Source: Acidobacteriota bacterium
GTDB taxonomy: Bacteria; Acidobacteriota; UBA890; WLXD01
NCBI GenBank assembly: GCA_963666055.2
Contig: CAXWPH010000004.1
Location: 1-35,969, forward strand
DNA: 35,969 bases
Direction: 5' to 3'
Shown: piece by piece, positions 1 to 8,934 of the stretch
Numbering within the stretch: the stretch's first letter is position 1
How the letters are laid out: each line of letters starts with the position of its first letter
The notes under the pieces: generated by a model
Databases searched by the model: none
Told to the model about the DNA's origin: nothing
What the model saw: the letters and a program-made list of their open reading frames with translations, nothing else
Made by a program: the position numbers and the translations under genes

Positions 1-37
1 CGGGGCGACGCCGAGAGGCGCGTCCACGGAGACATCG

Positions 38-1249
38 ATGCGAGTCGAATACCGAGCTGGACGCGTTGCCGCACTGTTGAGCTTCATGGGCCTGATCATG
101 GCCCCGGCAGCAGCGCCGGCGCAGCAGTATGGCCGTCCCCGAATCCCAGTTCGCGTCGTGACGTCTTCGCACAGCTCGATCCCGGTGTATGTGGTGGATG
201 CTCCGGCGCAACTTTCGACCCGAGCCGGGGAGGATGGCGTCTTCATTGCCAACATGCCCGGATCGCCTCTGGTGACCAGCATTCCGGTGCGTCAAACCAC
301 AAGCGCCGTCCAGTCCCACGACGCTGACGCCGGCGCGTTCCCGGGCGGTGAGACGAGGTGGATGGACGAGGATGGTGTGGCATGGCTTCCGCAGCAAGAC
401 GGACAGTGGCTTGCTCCGTCCAAACAGACGATTGCGGCGCGCCCCCGGTCGACCGGTGTAGCTGAGCTGGCCGGCGTACGTGCGTACCTATCGGGTTCTG
501 CGGGCGACGCAGCTGATACCCCCGCGATCGTCGATCTACGACAGGTGTCGACCAGCCGGATTCGTCAGCTTCCGCGCTACGCGTCGATGAACGGATCCGC
601 CCAGCCTCAAGGTCAGGTAGTGCAAGGCCAGGAACAGATGCAGACAAGCGCGTGGGCGCCCTCACCGGCTCAGCCCTCTCTGAGCTCCTACCCAGCCTCA
701 GACCGGCTTGCTGGATTCGGCCCATCATTCGGTGAGCGGCAGCCGCTCCCTCGGTCGCTCGGTAGCGGCGACTACCGGCTCGGTCCCGGCGACCAGATCG
801 ATGTGTTCGTGTGGCGCAACGCGGAGCTCAGTGGCCGGGTACCGGTACCGCCCGATGGTTACATTTCGCTTCCGCTCGTGGGCGAGCTAGCTGCGGCCGG
901 CAAGACGGCGGCAGAGCTCAAGGCCGAGATCACCGAGTTGCTGCGCGACTTCGTTCAGGTGCCGACCGTGACGGTCACGGTCACCGATTTCAAGAGCCTG
1001 GTGGTTTATGTGCTCGGCCGCGTTGGCACGCCCGGCCCGGTGGCGTTGGATCGCAACATCAACGTGCTGCAGGCGATCTCCATGGCGGGTGGCCCGACGG
1101 AGTTCGCCGACCAGAACGGCGTCACGATCCTCCGCATTATCGAGAATCGGAGGGTGCGCATTCCGTATCGTTACGGCGACGTCATGAAGGGCCGCGCGGA
1201 TGCCGGGGAGCTTGTCTTGCAATCGGGAGACGTCATCTATGTGCCCTAG
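38..1249 (+). CDS. Polysaccharide biosynthesis/export (OPX/Wza-like) protein, short Poly_export + SLBB type, with a long low-complexity N-terminal extension
   Basis: The C-terminal ~160 aa have the OPX signatures DYRLGPGDQIDVFVW, VPPDGYISLPLVGEL, VYVLGRVGTPG and LQSGDVIYVP. There is an N-terminal signal-peptide-like segment (LLSFMGLIMAPAAAPA-Q) and GGAGA upstream of the ATG. No lipobox or C-terminal outer-membrane helix was seen. Confidence 0.9.
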   Translation: MRVEYRAGRVAALLSFMGLIMAPAAAPAQQYGRPRIPVRVVTSSHSSIPVYVVDAPAQLSTRAGEDGVFIANMPGSPLVTSIPVRQTTSAVQSHDADAGAFPGGETRWMDEDGVAWLPQQDGQWLAPSKQTIAARPRSTGVAELAGVRAYLSGSAGDAADTPAIVDLRQVSTSRIRQLPRYASMNGSAQPQGQVVQGQEQMQTSAWAPSPAQPSLSSYPASDRLAGFGPSFGERQPLPRSLGSGDYRLGPGDQIDVFVWRNAELSGRVPVPPDGYISLPLVGELAAAGKTAAELKAEITELLRDFVQVPTVTVTVTDFKSLVVYVLGRVGTPGPVALDRNINVLQAISMAGGPTEFADQNGVTILRIIENRRVRIPYRYGDVMKGRADAGELVLQSGDVIYVP

Positions 1250-2362
1250 CGGACCGCGGTCCTCGCGCCCCGTGAACAACCTACTCAGAACTCACAGCTA
1301 GTCGGCGATCCCCGCGAGTCGGGGTTCGTGGCGGTGAGCGCAGATCTGCCGTTCCAACTCCGCGGCCCGCGCTAGGGTGCCGACTTCAGCTATACGCCGG
1401 GTTATCAAAGCTACAGCGACAGTCAGGTAGCCGGTAGCTTCGAGCAGTCGGGCCGTGTTGGCATCATTGGCCAGCTGTCGCCGCGCACGCGGCTGCTGCT
1501 GAACGGTGATGCGTATGTTTCGAACGAGCTGCGTGGACTCGATGCTATCGAGATCGTCGTACCGCGATCGCGACAAGCGCGTGCCGATGTCGATGCTGAG
1601 CTGGTGCATCAGTTGACGCCCCGCGACAGTATTTCACTGACGGCTCGATATCGCCGCCTTCGCTTTCCCGATCAGACGGCCACCGAGCAGACGCTTACTG
1701 GCAGCGACGGCTACTCGTTGTCCGTCGGCTACGGCCACGGTGTGACCGAGCGCGTCTCGTTGTTCGCTGGCGTCAGCGCCAGCCTCGGTCGCTTCGACAG
1801 CGGGTCGAAGGCACGTACGGTATCCGCCAGCGGCGGACTCGACTATCAAGTGCGGCGGTGCACAAGGCTCCGCCTTCGAGGCGGTGTGTTGTGGTTGCAG
1901 GAGACGCAGGAAGCTGACGGAGTAGCGTTCGTCAATGCGCTCGGCTCGCCCGGCTACGTTGCCAGCGCGCGCCTGAGCCACACGCTTGATCGAATTTCCA
2001 TCGGATTGTTGGCCGAGCGCGATGTCGGGTTCACGACCGGACTCGGCCGCCCGACGATCCGTGATCGCGCCACCGCCAGCATCGGCACTCAGACACCCCG
2101 CTGGAACCCGATTGCGCACTTTGGCTTTGCGCGCAACCATCCGCTCAGCACCGCTGGTGCCTCGCCTGGATTCTCGTCCTCCGACGCCATTGACACTTGG
2201 ACGACCTGCGCGGGCGCCGGGGTGCGTGTGGCGAGCGGTGTGTCGGTGGTAGGCATGGCTCTCTACGCCCACCAGCTCAACGGTGTGGCGTCCCAAGCCT
2301 CGGGCGTGGATACGTATCGCGTGGCGCTGGGTATCCGCCTGCCCCACATGGCCTGCCGGTAA
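1250..2362 (+). pseudogene. Interrupted outer-membrane beta-barrel protein of the EPS-export-associated type
   Basis: ORF 1604..2362 has alternating beta-strand patterns (YSLSVGYGHGV, VSASGGLDYQV, YRVALGIRL). The same frame stays open upstream to 1376 (GADFSYTPGYQSY...) and, past a TAG at 1373-1375, back to the OPX stop at 1247-1249. No start codon with a signal peptide was found. Confidence 0.6.
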
Positions 2363-3848
2363 GCATCACGCGCACCGTTTCGAACATGATCATGACGTCG
2401 AAGGCGATCGAACTATGCTTGATGTAGTAGAGGTCGAATTCGAGCTTCCCCTCCGTTTCTTCCACGCTGGCACCGTATGGATACTTGACCTGCGCCCAGC
2501 CCGTGAGGCCAGGTCGAATCACGTGACGTTGGTCGTAGTAGGGGATTCGATTGCGCAGCATCCTTACAAAAGCCGGTTGCTCTGGACGCGGGCCAACGAA
2601 GCTCATGTGCCCCAGGAGGATGTTCCAGAGTTGCGGCAGCTCATCGAGCCGCGAGGTGCGCAGGAAGCGGCCGATCGAGGTGACGCGATCCTCGTTCTCG
2701 GTTGCCCAACGGGAGCCTGCGCTCTCGGCGTCGACCCGCATGGTGCGGAACTTGAAGATGGTGAAGGGGAGCCCGGCAAAACCGGTGCGCCCTTGCGGGC
2801 AGAGCACTGGTCCCCGCGAGGTAAGCGCCACGGCGATTGCAACGAGCAACTGCAAGGGTGCGCTGACCACCAGCAGCGTCGAAGCCACCGCCACGTCGAG
2901 GAATCGCTTCATAGCGCGGCTCATGCGGCCGGGCGCGAAGCCGTCGGAGAAGATGATCGTGCTGGGTCGCATCCGCGATACGAGCAGCCGTCCCGCAAGC
3001 CGCTCGTAGAACTCGATGGCGTCGAACACGGCTACACCGCGAAGCTTCGCCCGGATCAGCGTTGCCAGCGGCAGCTTGCCGCGACGGTCGTTCAGAGCCA
3101 CGACGATGGTGTGGACGTCGCGCTCGTCGAGAATCTTATCGAGGTCCTGGAGCCGCCCCAGCGACGGCGCGTCGATTCGCAAGGGGACCGGGAACGGCAG
3201 CACACCGGAGTCTGCGTCGAGTGCCAACACAGCGTTACCAACTACGCCGGCGCCGCGTGACTGCCGAGCGATGACGCTGGGCGATGCCCCCGCCTCGTAA
3301 GGCACAGCATCGTCCACCGGCACGTAGCCAATGAGGCGGAAGCCCCACGGGGCAGCGTTGCCGACGCGATCAGCAACCTGGTAGGCAAGCTCGCCGTCGC
3401 CGATCAAGAGGATGTTCTCGGCCAGCGTGTCCTCGCTCACGATGATGGGGGCGACGCTATGCCAGGCGACCATCATCAGGGCCATCAGCCCCAGCCCGGC
3501 TCCGGCCACCTCCCAGCCCAGTGCGACCGACGGCACGAAGTGGTACAGCAGGGCGAGTGTGGCCGCCGACAATGGCACCGCCTGAATAAGACGCGGCACG
3601 AACAGTGCCGTGCTCAGATGGTTGCGCCGCTCAAAGTATCCGGTGAGATAGAAGACGCTCACCAGCGTGGCCACGGTGGTCACGACACGGCCGAGGCGTA
3701 CACCCGGCAGCGACGGCAGGGTCGGATCGAGCTGCGTGTACCAGGCTGCCTGAACGACGAGCGTGAACGCGGTCAGGCAAAGCAAGCTCTGAACCAGGAA
3801 ATGAACGACGCTACTGTAGGGTACGTAGCGCTGGAAGAGCTGGACCAT
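2277..3848 (-). CDS. Polyprenyl-phosphate sugar phosphotransferase (priming glycosyltransferase, bacterial sugar transferase family; resembles the PEP-CTERM/exosortase-A-associated type)
   Basis: N-terminal transmembrane segments and a Rossmann-like ILLIGDG segment. Catalytic-domain motifs KFRTM, LDELPQLWNIL-GHMSFVGPRPE, RPGLTGWAQV and KLEFDLYYIKH. GAGGA RBS before the ATG at 3848. Confidence 0.92.
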   Translation of the reverse strand: MVQLFQRYVPYSSVVHFLVQSLLCLTAFTLVVQAAWYTQLDPTLPSLPGVRLGRVVTTVATLVSVFYLTGYFERRNHLSTALFVPRLIQAVPLSAATLALLYHFVPSVALGWEVAGAGLGLMALMMVAWHSVAPIIVSEDTLAENILLIGDGELAYQVADRVGNAAPWGFRLIGYVPVDDAVPYEAGASPSVIARQSRGAGVVGNAVLALDADSGVLPFPVPLRIDAPSLGRLQDLDKILDERDVHTIVVALNDRRGKLPLATLIRAKLRGVAVFDAIEFYERLAGRLLVSRMRPSTIIFSDGFAPGRMSRAMKRFLDVAVASTLLVVSAPLQLLVAIAVALTSRGPVLCPQGRTGFAGLPFTIFKFRTMRVDAESAGSRWATENEDRVTSIGRFLRTSRLDELPQLWNILLGHMSFVGPRPEQPAFVRMLRNRIPYYDQRHVIRPGLTGWAQVKYPYGASVEETEGKLEFDLYYIKHSSIAFDVMIMFETVRVMLTGRPCGAGGYPAPRDTYPRPRLGTPHR

Positions 3849-4032
3849 CGATCCTCGGGGGTGGCCGCCGTCAGGCCGGCAGCGAATACACAGCTACCCC
3901 GAATTGGAGCAAGGCGCGTGCCAGGGGTTGGTGGCAGCCCAGCACGCTGGCTGCTCGGATCAGCCCTCTGATGTCCCGGCCTGGCCGCGGTCGTTCCGTG
4001 CGAGGTGACGTGCCGTGGGTAAATCTTTTCCG

Positions 4033-4533
4033 CTACTGCGAAGCGCGGTTCCCTGTTGCCGCTCGCGCCCATGTGCCGCTGCGCCCACCGGTCTTCTCCT
4101 CCAGGCGAAGATCGACGATGCGCATGCCCTTCTCGATCGCCTTGCACATGTCGTACAGGGTCAGCAATGCGACGGCGGCGGCGGTCAGCGCTTCCATCTC
4201 CACCCCCGTGGCGGCGGTGGTGGCAGCAGTCGCAGTGACGCGCAATCCGTTGGCTTCGGGTTCGACCTCAACATCAACGTAGGACAGTGGCAGAGTGTGG
4301 CACAGGGGGATCAGCTCGGCGGTTCGTTTGGCTGCCTGGATTCCGGCGATGCGGGCAACCTCGACGACGTTTCCCTTGGGCACCTCGCCGGTGAGGACAA
4401 GATCCAGCGTGCTCGCTGACATGACCAGGCATCCGGAGGCCACGGCGCGTCGCTCACTCGCTGGCTTGTCGCCCACATCGACCATCCGAGCGCGGCCTTG
4501 CTCGTCCAGATGCGTGAGGCCATCGTTGCCCAT
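4033..4533 (-). CDS. moaC: Cyclic pyranopterin monophosphate synthase MoaC
   Basis: Motifs LTHLDEQGRARMVDV, AKRTAELIPLCH, TGVEMEALT, LYDMCKA and KTGGRSG. Confidence 0.97.
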   Translation of the reverse strand: MGNDGLTHLDEQGRARMVDVGDKPASERRAVASGCLVMSASTLDLVLTGEVPKGNVVEVARIAGIQAAKRTAELIPLCHTLPLSYVDVEVEPEANGLRVTATAATTAATGVEMEALTAAAVALLTLYDMCKAIEKGMRIVDLRLEEKTGGRSGTWARAATGNRASQ

Positions 4534-4543
4534 CTGCGCAATC

Positions 4544-4577
4544 CTAGCAGGCCGTGGTGGAAGTGTGGTGGGTCTGG
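4544..4577 (+). repeat. Dispersed CTAG-anchored repeat, copy 1 (CTAGCAGGCCGTGGTGGAAGTGTGGTGGGTCTGG)
   Basis: The first 25 nt are identical to 28230-28254. All 34 nt match the reverse complement of 27473-27506 with 2 mismatches. The first 16 nt match the reverse complement of 6993-7008. Confidence 0.9.
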
Positions 4578-4679
4578 CAAGTGGGACTTACGGGCGAGGG
4601 CAAGGATCGACACGAGGTGATGCTGGAGCCATCCTCGAGGAGGAAAGACGTCGCCATTCGCCCGTAAGTCCCACTTGCC
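4576..4679. repeat. Perfect 22-bp inverted repeat with a 60-nt spacer
   Basis: GGCAAGTGGGACTTACGGGCGA (4576-4597) is the exact reverse complement of TCGCCCGTAAGTCCCACTTGCC (4658-4679). Confidence 0.9.
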
Positions 4680-4732
4680 CACCGGCCACGACGCGGGAAG
4701 ATCGGTTCAGCCCACGCCGAGAGCGGCTCGGC

Positions 4733-4763
4733 CCGACACTGCGGTAGTCTCGGAGCGTATAAT
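4733..4763 (+). promoter_or_regulatory. Putative sigma70-type promoter of the first GWxTD gene
   Basis: Perfect TATAAT at 4758-4763 in a GC-rich background, 50 nt before the ATG at 4813. Only a weak -35-like CCGACA at 4733-4738. Confidence 0.4.
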
Positions 4764-4812
4764 TGCTAACTACTCGATTTCCACGCTATCGCTCAAACAA
4801 AACCGGCCTGTG

Positions 4813-6984
4813 ATGACCCGTAATCGCGCCTTACTCGCCCTCCTGCTAGTTGCTTCCATGATGGCTCCGCAACCGGCGTCCGCGCAGAACGTGGACCTCC
4901 GCAGTTTCCCGAAGTACGACCTTGACGATATCGACGAACGTTATCGCGAGTGGGTCGAGGAGGAGGTCGTATGGATCATCACCAAAGACGAGCGCGAGGT
5001 CTTCGTACGGCTCGATAGCAACGCGCGCCGCGACCGGTTCATCGAACAATTCTGGGCTCATCGGGATCCCAGTCCGGGGACGGGGGAGAACGAGTACTTC
5101 GCCCAGCATTACGAGCGCCTCGCGCACATCGCCAAGAACATCGGGCGTGATACGCCGCGGCCCGGATGGTCGACGGATCAGGGACGAATATGGATCCTGT
5201 TGGGCAAACCGCAGGGGATTACTCGACTGCCCAACACCGACGCTGCTGTACCCGCCGAGGTGTGGTTCTACAGCGTTGATCCTGGTCTCATCCCGTCGCC
5301 GTTCTTTTACATCGTTTTCTTCAAGGAGCGCGGCTACGGCGCCTATCGGCTGTGGAGCCCGGCCATGGATGGCCTTGTCAAGCTGCTGAACCCCGCGGTC
5401 CAAACGCAGGTTATGAGTGGCGACACGGATCGTTTCAGGGGTCGTGGCGGCTTTGCTTCGACCGAGGACAGCCTGGCGCTTCGGATGCTGCAGGGAGTAA
5501 ACGCGGAGCTGGCTAGTGCGGCGCGCAGCCTGGTGCCGGGGGAGGGTGCCGGAGGAGTGGTCTCGCCGTTGCGATCAGAGATGCTCCTGCAGCAGGTGTT
5601 CGAGATCCCCGACAAGCTGATGCCGCGGGCAACATGGGCCTACAACGTGCTTACCGGGGTAACCGAGTCCGACGTTCGCTTCGAAACTCTGCCGCTGCGC
5701 GCTATCGCTACCGTCATCATCGATCCCTCGGGCATACCATTTATTCATCACGCCTTCCGCACTGAGGGAAATCGACTGAACCTGAACAACTATGACGACA
5801 AGTACTACTTCACGTTCGAGATCGGCAGCACGGTTCGTGATGACCAATCCCGGTTTCTTCACAGTCGCGAACCGCGAGTCTTGCAGGCTGACCTCGACGC
5901 CGAGACGGCGCGCCGGTTGCGCAGTGGGCCGGTCGCCTACATGGAACGGATCCCGACCATCAGCGGCGACTACACGTTGGGGCTGATGGTGGAGAACAAT
6001 GTCACCCGTGAGTTCGGGCTTGCCGAGATCAGGCTCTTGTTTCCCGGGGTCGGCGGCGAGCGCCTGGACGCCGGCGAGCCGCTGCTCGTGCGCGAGGTCA
6101 CTACCGCGCCCGATGCCTACAATACCTTCAGCCAGCAATATGCGTTCCAGGTGGGCTCTCGCGGCATGATTCCGGCTATCGACAACGACTTTCCTGCCGA
6201 TGGCACGGTGACCATCTTCCGGCAGTTGTTCGTGCCGCCGGACCGAACCGAGCCTGTGGTGATACGAACGTCGGTGCGGGGCGCCGGCGGGAGAGCCCTC
6301 ATCGAGAAGGTGGATCGCGTCGATCCCGCCGGCCGCGATGAGCACGGGGTGGTCAACTACTTCGCTGAGATCAGCTTGCGGCAGTTGCCGCCAGGAGCCT
6401 ATTCGATTACGACCGAGGTCGAGGAGATCGAACGACGCTCGACGTTGGCGCTGCGAATCGTCGACGCGGGGTCGTTCAAGCGGCCGCATGTGCACTCAGT
6501 GCCTAACCCGCCCGCCATCGGCGCGCGTGTGCGGGTTGCGAGGGCTCGGCAGTTTCGCACCGTCGGCCGCACGGATGAGGCGATCTCCGAGCTCGCCCAC
6601 GCGTTGCGGCGGGAGCCCGACTTGGAATCGGCCCTGGAGCTACAGATCGAGCTGCTCCGGGACGCCGGACGCTACAGTGAGCTCAACGCACTGCTGGCGC
6701 CGCGCACTGTGAACGATCCGAACAACACCGAGCTGCTGATTCTGCTGGGTGAAGTCAACGCTCAGCTTGCCGAGCACTACGATGCGATCCGTTTCTACGA
6801 GCGCGCCCGGATCGCCGGCGCTGAGGAGACTCCCGCGTTGCTTAACGCGCTGGCGTCGGAATACTACGCCGACGGCCGCGTCGAGCGCACCCGCGAGCTG
6901 CTCTTACAGTCGCTCGAAATCGATCCCGACCAACCGCAAATGCAGCGCCTGCTCGAAGCGGTCACGTCCAGCGAGGAGCGCTAG
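4813..6984 (+). CDS. GWxTD domain protein with C-terminal TPR repeats (exported)
   Basis: Signal peptide from the ATG at 4813 (MTRNRALLALLLVASMMAPQPASA-Q). Motifs WVEEEVVWIIT, FIEQFWAHRDPSPGT-ENE and RPGWSTDQGRIWILLGKP. TPR-like helices at the C terminus. The ORF track start at 4675 is probably too early. Confidence 0.88.
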   Translation: MTRNRALLALLLVASMMAPQPASAQNVDLRSFPKYDLDDIDERYREWVEEEVVWIITKDEREVFVRLDSNARRDRFIEQFWAHRDPSPGTGENEYFAQHYERLAHIAKNIGRDTPRPGWSTDQGRIWILLGKPQGITRLPNTDAAVPAEVWFYSVDPGLIPSPFFYIVFFKERGYGAYRLWSPAMDGLVKLLNPAVQTQVMSGDTDRFRGRGGFASTEDSLALRMLQGVNAELASAARSLVPGEGAGGVVSPLRSEMLLQQVFEIPDKLMPRATWAYNVLTGVTESDVRFETLPLRAIATVIIDPSGIPFIHHAFRTEGNRLNLNNYDDKYYFTFEIGSTVRDDQSRFLHSREPRVLQADLDAETARRLRSGPVAYMERIPTISGDYTLGLMVENNVTREFGLAEIRLLFPGVGGERLDAGEPLLVREVTTAPDAYNTFSQQYAFQVGSRGMIPAIDNDFPADGTVTIFRQLFVPPDRTEPVVIRTSVRGAGGRALIEKVDRVDPAGRDEHGVVNYFAEISLRQLPPGAYSITTEVEEIERRSTLALRIVDAGSFKRPHVHSVPNPPAIGARVRVARARQFRTVGRTDEAISELAHALRREPDLESALELQIELLRDAGRYSELNALLAPRTVNDPNNTELLILLGEVNAQLAEHYDAIRFYERARIAGAEETPALLNALASEYYADGRVERTRELLLQSLEIDPDQPQMQRLLEAVTSSEER

Positions 6985-6992
6985 CCCGGACT

Positions 6993-7008
6993 CACCACGG
7001 CCTGCTAG
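6993..7008 (-). repeat. Dispersed CTAG-anchored repeat, copy 2 (truncated, 16 nt)
   Basis: CACCACGGCCTGCTAG is the reverse complement of CTAGCAGGCCGTGGTG. Its TAG is the stop codon of the CRTAC1-like gene. Confidence 0.75.
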
Positions 7009-8702
7009 CGCACGGCCGCGCGGCTCGCGATAACGCCGCGACCCTCCTGAATTACGTACGCACGCCCGGCAACGATACCGTCCAGTACCTCGGTTTCGCC
7101 CCCAGGCCAGCGCACTGACAGGGTCACACTGGTTGCTGCGCCGAGCCCGATGTGCATCGTCGACGGTCCAGAGCTGCAATACGAAGATCCGATGCGCAGC
7201 TCGCGTAGCAGGGGCCGCTCGGTTCCCTCGGAAACGACGACGCGCGCTCCAGCGCCGCTTCGATTGGCACGCCGGCCCACGAGGCGCAGCTGAACCCAAT
7301 TCCCAGCCTCGTTTCCACCATCGTTGCGCAGGTAGTCTGCCGTTTGATCGTTGTTGGTGACGATCAGGTCGAGATCCCCATCGTTGTCGAAGTCGGCAGT
7401 GACGGAACCGCGCGACACTTTGACGATCTCGAAGCCGCTGCCAGCGTCAGCGCTGCGCTCCGTGAACGCTCCGGCGCCGTCGTTCATGTACAGATGATTG
7501 CGTTGAGCGTAGGTAATGCTGTCGCGAAACTCGGCGATGTTGTCGATGATGTGGCCGTTGGCTACGAACAGGTCGAGATCGGCGTCGTTGTCGAAGTCGC
7601 CCCAGTTCGTCCCGAAGCCCACGTACCGCAGGCTGGGCTCCCCGAGGCCCTTGGCGAAGGTGACGTCGCTGAAGACCCCACTACCGAAGTTCTGGTACAG
7701 CGAGTTGGTCTCCAGATCGAGGTTGGTAACCACGACGTCCAGACGCTGATCACCATCGAAGTCCCCCCAGTCTGTGCCCATGCCTGCCTCTGCTTGCCCG
7801 TCGGCGCTGAACGCCACCCCGGCCAGTAGCCCATCCTCGACAAACACACCATCGCCGTTGTTGGTGTAGAGGAAGTTGCGCGTTGAATCGTTGGCTACAT
7901 AAATGTCGATGTCGCCGTCGTCATCGTGGTCGCCGAAGACGACACCCAGGCCCTTGCCGTCGACCGTATCGGCAACCCCGGCTTGCACGGCGATGTCAAC
8001 GAAGCTGCCGTCGCCTTGGTTGAGGTACAGGCGATCCGCGAGGGCACCGTAGACGTCGGGGTGGCAGTAGGCGCGCAGGTTGCGCCGCGGGTTGCCGCAG
8101 AACTTGTGATTGTCCCATGCGAAGTCGACGTAGTTGGTCACATACAGATCGAGGTGACCATCGTTGTTGATGTCACCCCACGCTGCTGAGGCTCCCCACT
8201 GCTGGTCATCGACCCCGACGGCGGCGCCTACCTCGCTGAAGCTGCCGTCGCCGTTGTTGCGGAAGAGCTGGTTGCGGTCGAGGTTCGTGACGTAGATATC
8301 GGTGTATCCATCGGCGTCGTAGTCAGCGGCAGCTACGCCCATCGACCAGGCGTCGCTTTCGACCCCAGTTGAGGGAGGCGTGGCGGTAAACCGGCCCGAC
8401 GGGTGGCCCCTCAGCAGCACGTTGCCGCCCACCGGCGGTGCTTCTCCGCCCGGAGTAGGCGCGCCCTGCGCAAGGTACACGTCGATCCAACCGTCGGCAT
8501 CAAGATCGGCCGCCGCCAGCCCCGAGCCTATGGTCTCGACCATATAGCGCTCACCGAAGGCACCGTTCTGGTGACGAAAGCGCAGCCCGACCTCCGTCGT
8601 CGCATCGGAGAACATCACCGGCATGGGCGATTGGACGCCAGATTCGCCGACCGGTGAGCGCAGCGCGATCAACGTCACAAGCATGCTCGACAAGAGCTTC
8701 AT
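7005..8702 (-). CDS. CRTAC1-family / FG-GAP(VCBS)-repeat protein with C-terminal ASPIC/UnbV domain
   Basis: Repeated Ca-binding-type motifs such as DxDxDGxxDxYV and NNGDGSF. C-terminal NRSGAGARV...GSSYCS...HIGLG...VRWPGG. Hydrophobic N terminus. Confidence 0.9.
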   Translation of the reverse strand: MKLLSSMLVTLIALRSPVGESGVQSPMPVMFSDATTEVGLRFRHQNGAFGERYMVETIGSGLAAADLDADGWIDVYLAQGAPTPGGEAPPVGGNVLLRGHPSGRFTATPPSTGVESDAWSMGVAAADYDADGYTDIYVTNLDRNQLFRNNGDGSFSEVGAAVGVDDQQWGASAAWGDINNDGHLDLYVTNYVDFAWDNHKFCGNPRRNLRAYCHPDVYGALADRLYLNQGDGSFVDIAVQAGVADTVDGKGLGVVFGDHDDDGDIDIYVANDSTRNFLYTNNGDGVFVEDGLLAGVAFSADGQAEAGMGTDWGDFDGDQRLDVVVTNLDLETNSLYQNFGSGVFSDVTFAKGLGEPSLRYVGFGTNWGDFDNDADLDLFVANGHIIDNIAEFRDSITYAQRNHLYMNDGAGAFTERSADAGSGFEIVKVSRGSVTADFDNDGDLDLIVTNNDQTADYLRNDGGNEAGNWVQLRLVGRRANRSGAGARVVVSEGTERPLLRELRIGSSYCSSGPSTMHIGLGAATSVTLSVRWPGGETEVLDGIVAGRAYVIQEGRGVIASRAAVR

Positions 8703-8841
8703 GGCTGATTCATGGCGTGAAGCAACGATGTTACCGAACCTTCGATCGTAGGACGCCGCACCCTATCCCGGCCCGAGAATTGCCATCCTCCAGGACCACA
8801 GGCGAGCGACTGCCGCCATCAACAGGTGCTGCAAGGAATCG

Positions 8842-8869
8842 CCGACAAGTCGAGGGCATGGACTATACT
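8842..8869 (+). promoter_or_regulatory. Putative promoter of the second GWxTD gene
   Basis: CCGACA (8842-8847), a 16-nt spacer and TATACT (8864-8869), 65 nt upstream of the ATG at 8935. Confidence 0.3.
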
Positions 8870-8934
8870 CGGGGCCTGCCGCGCGGAGGCGCGGCTCGGT
8901 GTGATCTTATCGCCCTCCCGAGGCCCCCGAGCCG

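Noticed and set aside
1247-1375. Genome-wide TAG recoding (alternative code or pyrrolysine) as the cause of the in-frame TAGs
   Set aside because: Conserved genes here (moaC, exbB, tonB, atpB, atpE, nuoM, nuoL) end at TAG at their expected C termini, and no other gene has an internal TAG.
2343-2357. GCAGGCCATGTGG on the minus strand at the EPS gene junction, resembling the CTAG repeat
   Set aside because: It is a short gapped match without the CTAG anchor and is expected by chance in GC-rich DNA.
2283-3260. Long antisense or alternate-frame ORFs (e.g. 2283..3260, 5575..6495, 11057..11998, 14370..15434, 16538..17509, 33078..34019)
   Set aside because: They are shadow ORFs of well-supported genes in high-GC DNA, with no motifs of their own.
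4544-7008. GWxTD gene as cargo of an autonomous transposon bounded by repeat copies 1 and 2
   Set aside because: There is no transposase in the interval, copy 2 is only 16 nt, and independent insertions explain the layout equally well. Kept only under the repeat-family finding.
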